Source: an uncultured bacterium
Lineage (GTDB): Bacteria > Auribacterota > JACPWU01
DNA length: 32,000 nt
Direction of reading: 5' to 3'
Assembly (NCBI GenBank): GCA_964640155.1
Contig: CAZXEQ010000006.1
Span: 9,013 to 41,012, forward strand
Shown here: positions 24,284 to 31,084 of the stretch, in pieces
Numbering within the stretch: position 1 is the stretch's first letter
Layout of the letters: each line of letters opens with the position of its first letter
The notes under the pieces: generated by a model
The model's database searches: none
What the model was told of the DNA's origin: nothing
What the model saw: the letters and a program-made list of their open reading frames with translations, nothing else
Made by a program: the position numbers and the translations under genes

Positions 24284-24688
24284 ATGACATCACAACATTT
24301 TAAAATTTTACTCATTGAGGATGAGGAAGATTTAAGCAAATTACTTTTACTTCGTTTTAGAAAAGCAGGTTTTGAAGCAGACTCTGCAAACAATGGGAAA
24401 ACAGGTTTAGAGAAAGCTATTTCATTTCATCCTGATCTTATTTTGCTGGATGTGATTATGCCAGGAATGGATGGATGGCAAGTTTGTGAAAAAATCAAGA
24501 AAACTCCTGACTTAAAGCAAACTCATGTTTTTATGGTAACTGCAGCTCCTTCAGTCGAACTTGAAGAAAAAGCAAAATTGCTTGGAGCCGATGGAATTAT
24601 TTTCAAACCTTTTGAAAATCAAGAGTTGATGAATCTGGTCTCTAAACTAATAGAGAAAAAGAAAACTCTTAATCATCCGCCTAGATAA
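24284..24688 (+). CDS. Single-domain (CheY-like) response regulator receiver
   Basis: ILLIEDEED, LILLDVIMPGMDG, FMVTA and IIFKPF. All canonical receiver residues are present and there is no output domain. Confidence 0.9.
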   Translation: MTSQHFKILLIEDEEDLSKLLLLRFRKAGFEADSANNGKTGLEKAISFHPDLILLDVIMPGMDGWQVCEKIKKTPDLKQTHVFMVTAAPSVELEEKAKLLGADGIIFKPFENQELMNLVSKLIEKKKTLNHPPR

Positions 24689-25389
24689 GCCTTTTTGACG
24701 TCGGGGTTTTGAATAAGACTCTCTGCTGTGTCTTCTAAAATAATTTTCCCCGTCTCCAAAACATAACCTCGATGTGCAAATTTCAAAGCCATATTGGCAT
24801 TTTGTTCAACTAAAAGAATCGTTAAGCCTTGCTGATTAATTTCTCGTATGTTTTTAAAAATAGCTTGAACCAAAATGGGGGCCAAACCCAAAGAAGGTTC
24901 ATCCATCAATAGCAGTCGAGGTCGAGCCATCAAAGCCCGACCAATCGCAAGCATTTGCTGCTCTCCGCCACTCAAAGTTGCGGCACTTTGGTTGAGACGC
25001 TCTTTCAAACGAGGGAAAAGAGAAAAAATTTTTTCAGTGTCTTCTTTAATCTGTTGTTGATCTTTTCTTAAATAGGCCCCCAAATCAAGATTTTCTCGTA
25101 CAGATAAATTAGGAAAAACCATTCTTCCTTCAGGAACTTGAGAAATGCCAAGTTTAACAATTTCATGAGGAGCGACCCCATTCAAGGAAACTTCTCCAGA
25201 GCGTGCAGCATAATTTAATTGACCCGAACTCGGGTGAATTAACCCCGAAATGGTTCTCAAAAGAGTTGTCTTTCCTGCACCATTGGCACCAATGAGAGTC
25301 ACCATTTCCCCTTCTCTCACTTCCAAAGAAACCCCATGAAGTGCTTGAACAGCACCATATGCCACTTTTAAGTTTTCGATTTTAAGCAT
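24673..25389 (-). CDS. livF: Branched-chain amino-acid ABC transporter ATP-binding protein LivF
   Basis: Walker A GANGAGKTT, signature LSGGEQQ, Walker B LLLMDEPS and the C-terminal LivF-type tail D..V..AYLG. I prefer ATG 25389 (AGGTGA SD 5 nt upstream) over the ORF-track GTG 25398, which is part of that SD. Confidence 0.9.
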   Translation of the reverse strand: MLKIENLKVAYGAVQALHGVSLEVREGEMVTLIGANGAGKTTLLRTISGLIHPSSGQLNYAARSGEVSLNGVAPHEIVKLGISQVPEGRMVFPNLSVRENLDLGAYLRKDQQQIKEDTEKIFSLFPRLKERLNQSAATLSGGEQQMLAIGRALMARPRLLLMDEPSLGLAPILVQAIFKNIREINQQGLTILLVEQNANMALKFAHRGYVLETGKIILEDTAESLIQNPDVKKAYLGG

Positions 25390-26149
25390 TTGTTTCACCT
25401 AAATATGCTTCTATAACTCTGGGATTACGCTGAATTTCCTCTGGACTACCCTGAGCAATCATCTCGCCATGATCCATGACGATAACTCTGTCTGAAAGAC
25501 CCATCACCACTTTCATGTCATGCTCAATCAATAAAATCGTGATATTAAACTCACGATGGAAACGAATAATAGATTGGCGCAACTCTTCTTTTTCAACCCT
25601 ATTCATCCCTGCAGCGGGTTCATCCAAAAGCAAAAGTCGTGGGCGTGTCGCCAGAGCACGTGCAATTTCTAAATACCGTTGCTTTCCATAGGGTAAATTG
25701 CAGGCATCTTCATGAGCAACATTGCTTAAACCAAATCGCTCAAGAATCTCATGAGATTTTTTTAAAGTTTCTTTTTCTTCTTGATAGAAACGAGGAAATC
25801 GAAAAATGGATCCCAAAAGTCCACGATTTAAGTAGATATAATGAGCCACACGCACATTATCCAAAACGCTCATTTTTCGAAAAAGGCGTATATTTTGAAA
25901 TGTTCTCGCAATCCCCTGCTTACAAATTTGGGAAGGTCTCAAGTCATTTAAACTTTTTCCGTCTAAAGAAATATGACCCTGATTTGGACAATAAACTCCT
26001 GTGATGAGATTAAAAACTGTGGTTTTTCCAGCTCCATTGGGGCCAATCAGGCCAATTAATTCCCCTTCTTTAATCGAAAAACTAAGATGAGAAACAGCTG
26101 TTAAGCCGCCAAAGGACAAAGTACAATTTTTAACTTCTAGAAGAGCCAT
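25382..26149 (-). CDS. livG: Branched-chain amino-acid ABC transporter ATP-binding protein LivG
   Basis: Walker A GPNGAGKTT, FGGL.A......F, Walker B LLLLDEPAAG, LIEHDM and the C-terminal VIEAYLG. GAGGGA SD is present. Confidence 0.9.
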   Translation of the reverse strand: MALLEVKNCTLSFGGLTAVSHLSFSIKEGELIGLIGPNGAGKTTVFNLITGVYCPNQGHISLDGKSLNDLRPSQICKQGIARTFQNIRLFRKMSVLDNVRVAHYIYLNRGLLGSIFRFPRFYQEEKETLKKSHEILERFGLSNVAHEDACNLPYGKQRYLEIARALATRPRLLLLDEPAAGMNRVEKEELRQSIIRFHREFNITILLIEHDMKVVMGLSDRVIVMDHGEMIAQGSPEEIQRNPRVIEAYLGETNA

Positions 26150-26168
26150 TTTACTTCCCTCTGTTGAC

Positions 26169-27155
26169 TTAAGTTTTTGAAGGGAAAATTTTGGATTTCA
26201 AATTACAAAATACATGGGTTGATCTAGCAAGCATCAAAAGAATCAAAATCACAGAATAAAGCACCATTCGATATTGGCTAAAAAATCTTAAGAATTCTGG
26301 AAGAATGGTTAAGATAATTGCAGAGATAACGCATCCCCAAATATTTCCCATTCCGCCCAGAACAACCATCACCACAATTTCAATGGATCTCATAAAGGTA
26401 AAAGAATTGGTATGAAGATAATGTACTTGATGAGCAAAAAGAGCACCTGCAATCCCGGCAAAAAAAGCACCAATAGCAAAAGCACCTACTTTATATTTTG
26501 TTGTATTAATACCAATCGACTCTGCAGCAATCTCATCCTCCCGAATGGCAAGAAAGGCTCGACCCTTCGTTGAACGAATGATATTGCAAATGACCATCAA
26601 GGTGGCATACACACAAATACCCACCCAAAAGAAATGAGTATAATCTCCAATCCCTGTAAGTCCCCTCGCGCCCCCTAAAGACTCAACATTCAAAATCAAA
26701 ACTCGAATAATTTCACCAAAACCCAGTGTTGCAATCGCCAGATAATCACCTCGTAAGCGTAAAACAGGAAGACCTATTAAGATCCCTATCACGGCAGATA
26801 AACAACCTCCCAAGCCTAAAGCAATCATAAAAAAAATGATTTTTGCCATAAACTCTGGTAAATGAAATATATGGATGAACCAAGTCATAAAAATTTTCTC
26901 TCCATACACTGTAAATGCTGCAGAAGCATACGCCCCAATAGCCATAAAGCCTGCATGTCCGAGAGAAAACTGACCTGTTTGTCCATTAATTAAATTGAGA
27001 CTTACCGCCAAAATGATATTAATCCCAATCATGAGCAGTATTTCTAGATAATAGGGATTCATCCAAAGGTTAATAAAATGATGAAGAAAGGCCAGCGCTC
27101 CTAAAACAAAGAGATTGATTCCAAATGTGAGCATCCAAAATCGTGTTTGCTTCAT
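26169..27155 (-). CDS. livM: Branched-chain amino-acid ABC transporter permease LivM
   Basis: Multi-TM with GQ.SLGHA.F..IGAY, LRGDYLAI.TLGF.EI and a position between livH and livG. Confidence 0.88.
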   Translation of the reverse strand: MKQTRFWMLTFGINLFVLGALAFLHHFINLWMNPYYLEILLMIGINIILAVSLNLINGQTGQFSLGHAGFMAIGAYASAAFTVYGEKIFMTWFIHIFHLPEFMAKIIFFMIALGLGGCLSAVIGILIGLPVLRLRGDYLAIATLGFGEIIRVLILNVESLGGARGLTGIGDYTHFFWVGICVYATLMVICNIIRSTKGRAFLAIREDEIAAESIGINTTKYKVGAFAIGAFFAGIAGALFAHQVHYLHTNSFTFMRSIEIVVMVVLGGMGNIWGCVISAIILTILPEFLRFFSQYRMVLYSVILILLMLARSTHVFCNLKSKIFPSKT

Positions 27156-27221
27156 AATAATGACCTAATTTTAATAAAAATAAATAACATCCTTAATTTT
27201 ACATTTTAATTTTTGATTTTT

Positions 27222-28124
27222 TTATACTTTCTCCGGACTACTTTTACCAAGTAACCCAGCAGGCTTCCAAAAAAGAATAAAAATTAAAATAAAAAATGCG
27301 ACTGCATCACGATAAGTGCTCGAGAGATAGCCGGAGACCAAAACTTCGACAATTCCCATAATCATACCTCCAAGAACTGCTCCAAAAATATTTCCAATTC
27401 CGCCCAAAACAGCAGCCACAAAAGCCTTCAGTCCAGGCATAATTCCCATCAAAGGTTCCACTTTAGGATTAGAAAGGCTTACCAAAAGGCCTGCAACCGC
27501 AGCCAAAGCAGAGCCCACAAAAAAGGTAAAACTAATAACTCGATTGACGGCAATTCCCATTAACCCTGCAACTTCATGACTAAATGAAACGGCACGCATC
27601 GCTCGCCCTATTCTTGTTTTCATCACAATCCAATGAAGTGCCAACATGAGGAGAAAAGAAACACCTAAAATTAAAATTTGAATATTATTAATAACCACGT
27701 CTTTCCAACGAAAGGCTTCTTTCACTGCAAAAAGAGGAGGAAAGAATTTTGGATCTGCACCAAAAATCAGTTGTCCTGCATTTTGCAACAAAAGAGAAAC
27801 ACCGATGGCTGTAATTAAAGCTGTTAAACGAGGAGAATTTCTTAAAGGACGATAACAAAATCTTTCAATAAGCATACCCAATAAACCACAAGTGAGCATT
27901 GCAAAAACAAAAACCAAACAAGCTTTTCCTAAACCTGGCGAAGAAGGAACTTTGAGCCAAATGGCCGAATAATAACCGACCATAGCCCCCAACATATAAA
28001 GATCACCATGGGCAAAATTGATGAGGCGCAACACCCCGTAAACCATGGTATATCCCAAGGCAATAAGGGCATAAATACTTCCCCAACTAATTCCATTGAT
28101 CAATTGCTGGATGAATTCTGACAT
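27222..28124 (-). CDS. livH: Branched-chain amino-acid ABC transporter permease LivH
   Basis: The N-terminus FIQQLINGISWGSIYALIALGYTMVYGVLRLINFAHGD matches the LivH signature. About 8 TM helices. Confidence 0.9.
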   Translation of the reverse strand: MSEFIQQLINGISWGSIYALIALGYTMVYGVLRLINFAHGDLYMLGAMVGYYSAIWLKVPSSPGLGKACLVFVFAMLTCGLLGMLIERFCYRPLRNSPRLTALITAIGVSLLLQNAGQLIFGADPKFFPPLFAVKEAFRWKDVVINNIQILILGVSFLLMLALHWIVMKTRIGRAMRAVSFSHEVAGLMGIAVNRVISFTFFVGSALAAVAGLLVSLSNPKVEPLMGIMPGLKAFVAAVLGGIGNIFGAVLGGMIMGIVEVLVSGYLSSTYRDAVAFFILIFILFWKPAGLLGKSSPEKV

Positions 28125-28127
28125 AAT

Positions 28128-28212
28128 CGTCGTGCGTATTGCGTCGTACGTACTGCGCCATAAATATTATATTGATTCACGCAGCACGCATCACGCAAAG
28201 CGCAGTACGGCC
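28128..28212. repeat. Inverted tandem-heptamer element 2: 5 copies of CGTnnTG, an AT-rich spacer, then 5 copies of CACGCAn (reverse-complement family nTGCGTn)
   Basis: Read directly. 28128-28162 is CGTCGTG CGTATTG CGTCGTA CGTACTG CGCCATA. 28178-28212 is CACGCAG CACGCAT CACGCAA AGCGCAG TACGGCC. GTACTGCGC (28150-28158) pairs with GCGCAGTAC (28200-28208). The element fills the entire gap between the binding-protein stop (28214) and the livH start (28124). Confidence 0.85.
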
Positions 28213-28213
28213 T

Positions 28214-29332
28214 TTAAGGTTCTACCCTTTTAAAAAACTTGAACTGGGCATTTTCAATTTTAAGAACGACCGCTGCTTTCTGAGCATTCCGATTTTCATC
28301 AAGCGTCGTTTTTCCAGAAATACCTTCAAGGTTCTTGGTCTGTGCTAAAGCATCTCGAATTTTACTCCCAGAAACAGAACCTGCCTGTTCAATCGCATGC
28401 ACAAGCATGTTGGCTGCATCATACCCTAAAACAGCCATGGCATCTGGAACTTCACCATATTTGTTTTTAAATTTTTGTATAAAATCCTGAATCAGAGGAC
28501 TTGGATCATCTGCAGCATAATGATTGCTAAAGTATGTTCCTTCTAGAGCCTCTCCACCAATTTCAATGGTACGTGGAGAATCCCATCCATCCCCACCTAA
28601 TAAATTCCCTTGATATCCTAATTCCCTAGCCTGACGAGCAATTAAACCCACTTCCGTGTAATACCCAGGAATGAAAATAGCTTCTGGCTCCTCGCTTTTG
28701 ATGGCCGTCAGTTGAGCTCTAAATTCAATATCCCCTTCTGAATAGGATTCGTTTGAAACAATTTCTCCACCCAATTCCTTAAAGGTTTGCTCAAAAAAGA
28801 GAGCCAATCCCATACTATAATCATTCTTAATATCTTTAAAAATAGCGGCTTTGCGAACTCCTAAAGTTTCGTAGGCAAATTTTGCCATGACTTCGCCTTG
28901 AAAAGGGTCAATAAAGCATACGCGGAAAATATAATCTCCGATCTCTGTCACCTTAGGATTAGTAGAAGCAGGAGTGATCATTGGAATCGATGCTCTCTGG
29001 CATTCAGGGGCAGCAGCTAAACTTCTAGAGCTTGCAACTTCTCCAATCACAGCGACGACTCGATCTCGTTTTAACAATTTTACTACAGCTGTTTTTGCTT
29101 CTTCTGGTTTACTCTGATCATCCTCAACAATCCATCGAAGTTTTTTACCAACAACACCACCCTTATCATTAGCTTCGGTCAATGCCAACTCAATTCCTTG
29201 CACCATGGAACGACCAAAAGTTGCTGTTCCCCCCGTCATCGATGCATAAACGCCAATGGCAACATCATCACTTTTCTTACCGCAGCCCCACAACATCACC
29301 AACATGGCAAGACACCATAAATATTTTTTCAT
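28214..29332 (-). CDS. Branched-chain amino-acid ABC transporter substrate-binding lipoprotein (LivJ/LivK family)
   Basis: Lipoprotein signal MKKYLWCLAMLVMLWGC (lipobox LWGC). Type-I periplasmic binding protein pattern (IG....lTG..a..G......G..lA..e.N..GG..G.....v..DD...P..A). First gene of the liv operon. Confidence 0.88.
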   Translation of the reverse strand: MKKYLWCLAMLVMLWGCGKKSDDVAIGVYASMTGGTATFGRSMVQGIELALTEANDKGGVVGKKLRWIVEDDQSKPEEAKTAVVKLLKRDRVVAVIGEVASSRSLAAAPECQRASIPMITPASTNPKVTEIGDYIFRVCFIDPFQGEVMAKFAYETLGVRKAAIFKDIKNDYSMGLALFFEQTFKELGGEIVSNESYSEGDIEFRAQLTAIKSEEPEAIFIPGYYTEVGLIARQARELGYQGNLLGGDGWDSPRTIEIGGEALEGTYFSNHYAADDPSPLIQDFIQKFKNKYGEVPDAMAVLGYDAANMLVHAIEQAGSVSGSKIRDALAQTKNLEGISGKTTLDENRNAQKAAVVLKIENAQFKFFKRVEP

Positions 29333-29429
29333 GAATGTTTCCTTTTTATATTATTTGATAAATTTCAACTTAAACTTTATCACTTATCACTGTCTTCTAT
29401 TTTGGCATTCATGCTATCATTTCTAAGTT

Positions 29430-30953
29430 GTGAAAAAAATATTTCTTATTACGATCAGTATCTTTTATTTACTTAATTTTCCCGTTCTGGCAGAAAATGA
29501 ACCTCCTCTACCAGAATATGCTCTGGGTTATGCCTATACCCCTCACTTTGCAAATCTCTTAAAGCGCACGGAAGAACTTTTGAGTTTCTTTGGCATGACA
29601 GGATCTAAAATACAAGAGTTCATGGCCACAGTACTCTTAAAAACTTCTCGACTAGAAAGTTTAGATTTAGAAAAAGACTTTTTTTATCTTCGTTTCAATG
29701 ACTCTGCATGTCCTAATCCATTTCTATATATGGTTCATGTTAAAGACAAAAATCTTTTTATCGAAAGTCTTGGAAAAGGACTTTTAGGAGGGAAAGGATT
29801 CATTCTAAAAGAACAAAACCGAAATCAACCCATACAAGAATACGTTGACGAAAAATCTTCTTTTGATCGCGAGGGTTATTTAAAGGCTTTGGAAAAAGGA
29901 GCTGCAGACCCTGTAAAGTTTCAAACAAAAATAAGCATTTCTTATTTTATCGCTTTTGTTGACTCCAAAGTCTTTGTTTCTGGAAATCGTGGACTCATTA
30001 AAATGTTTCTCAACAATCCTCTTAACCTAGGGAACATCTCTGGAAAAACCGATTGTCTTTTTATGATTAAACCTTCTTATCTTTATCAAGTGTATGGACA
30101 AGATCTTTCTTCTTTAAAGGAAAAAATAAAACCTATTCTAGAGAAAAATCAAAAATGGCTTCCGCCGATGATTCAATTCTTAGAAAATCAGGCTCAAAAA
30201 ACTCCAAAGATGAAATTAAATCTCACACTTAACGAAAAAAATTTAGAAATCAAAGTTGTTTTTCAACCAGATGCATCCTCTCCTTCTTCCGTCGCTCCTC
30301 CTCAAACTTCTATTCCAAAATCCCTACCTAACACTTGTATGAGCATGTTGAATGGATATTTAACTCCCTCGGAGCAATTGCTACAAAACATGCAATTAGG
30401 ACAGAATCCTCAAACCCAAAGCCTTCTTCAAGATTATTTTCAGCACATTGAAGGTCTTTTAAAACTATACACTTTTAGCGTCATAGACCAAAAAACAGCA
30501 TTTTTAATCAATCTCTCTCCTAAAAAAGGTGGAGAAGCAGCCCATCATAAACTGAGTCGCCTTCTTCAAGAGGGATATACTGCACAAATAAAAACACAAG
30601 GAACAGTAGAAGAGATTCAACTGGAAGGAAAAAAGTTTTACACTATCTTTGATAAAACAAATCAATGGATTGGGATAGGATTTAAATCTCCAGAAAGTTT
30701 TAAAACGGCTCTTCTTAATACAACGGACCCATCTTCATCTACAGGATTCGATGAATATACAAAAGCTATTGCTGGATTTCCTCAAGAAGTTTCTTTATTT
30801 TTCTATCATCGAACGCAGTCAAATTTCATCGCAGGATATAGCAAGAGAGAAAACAACGGAGCTATTTTGTTTTTGCGCCTGAATGCAAAATCATGGATTG
30901 ATACTTTAGCTCAGAAGAAAAAGATGAAAGAAGAGAAGAACGCTGGCAAGTAA
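29430..30953 (+). CDS. Hypothetical secreted protein (507 aa), no family recognised
   Basis: A long ORF with a GTG start. The in-frame stop TAA at 29424-29426 excludes an upstream start. Signal peptide MKKIFLITISIFYLLNFPVLA/ENE. Internal S/P-rich linker (DASSPSSVAPPQTSIP) and a Lys-rich C-terminus. I recognise no catalytic motifs. Confidence 0.6.
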   Translation: MKKIFLITISIFYLLNFPVLAENEPPLPEYALGYAYTPHFANLLKRTEELLSFFGMTGSKIQEFMATVLLKTSRLESLDLEKDFFYLRFNDSACPNPFLYMVHVKDKNLFIESLGKGLLGGKGFILKEQNRNQPIQEYVDEKSSFDREGYLKALEKGAADPVKFQTKISISYFIAFVDSKVFVSGNRGLIKMFLNNPLNLGNISGKTDCLFMIKPSYLYQVYGQDLSSLKEKIKPILEKNQKWLPPMIQFLENQAQKTPKMKLNLTLNEKNLEIKVVFQPDASSPSSVAPPQTSIPKSLPNTCMSMLNGYLTPSEQLLQNMQLGQNPQTQSLLQDYFQHIEGLLKLYTFSVIDQKTAFLINLSPKKGGEAAHHKLSRLLQEGYTAQIKTQGTVEEIQLEGKKFYTIFDKTNQWIGIGFKSPESFKTALLNTTDPSSSTGFDEYTKAIAGFPQEVSLFFYHRTQSNFIAGYSKRENNGAILFLRLNAKSWIDTLAQKKKMKEEKNAGK

Positions 30954-31084
30954 TCCAAAAAACCTCTCAAAAAGGTCCCAGGTGCAAGGCGCTTGCAAGC
31001 GACCGCGGAGGTGTACGTTTGATGGTACACCGCACAAGGGAGCGCAGTAAGGAACGTAGCAGATGGGCCTTTTTCAGAGGTTTT
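30954..31084. repeat. About 130-bp GC/CpG-rich long imperfect palindrome filling the convergent intergenic gap (element 3)
   Basis: The outer arm AAAACCTCTCAAAAAGGTCCCA (30959-30980) pairs with TGGGCCTTTTTCAGAGGTTTT (31064-31084), with one mismatch and one indel. Apical stem GGTGTAC (31010-31016) pairs with GTACACC (31025-31031). There is a perfect 10-bp palindrome GCTTGCAAGC (30991-31000) and CCGCGG at 31003-31008. An A-run lies on the left flank and a T-run on the right. Confidence 0.7.

Noticed and set aside
6373-26004. Other short nested or antisense ORFs in the track (e.g. 6373-6579, 6910-7125, 9457-9645, 9711-9908, 10194-10439, 11016-11424, 11647-12119, 12567-12794, 13125-13322, 13754-14002, 14611-14811, 15808-16020, 18274-18498, 19343-19531, 20461-20965, 21148-21354, 21512-21799, 22800-23052, 24049-24270, 24875-25060, 25476-26004)
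   Set aside because: Each overlaps a longer ORF with strong family motifs on the same or opposite strand. None has recognisable motifs or its own ribosome-binding context.
28139-28348. 69-aa + strand ORF spanning heptamer element 2 and the 3' end of the binding-protein gene
   Set aside because: It starts inside the repeat element and runs antisense to a well-supported CDS, so it is an artefact of the GC-rich repeat lacking stops.
29377-29390. TTATCAC TTATCAC as DnaA boxes or an origin signature
   Set aside because: Each 9-mer matches the DnaA box consensus TTATCCACA only over the first five bases. There is no cluster of boxes, no AT-rich unwinding element and no dnaA/dnaN nearby.
30981-31063. 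Interior of element 3 as a tRNA or other known small RNA
   Set aside because: There is no GTTCGAAT-type T-loop, no cloverleaf-compatible arm lengths and no CCA context. I could not match it by eye to any riboswitch or RNA family. It is kept as an unclassified palindrome.
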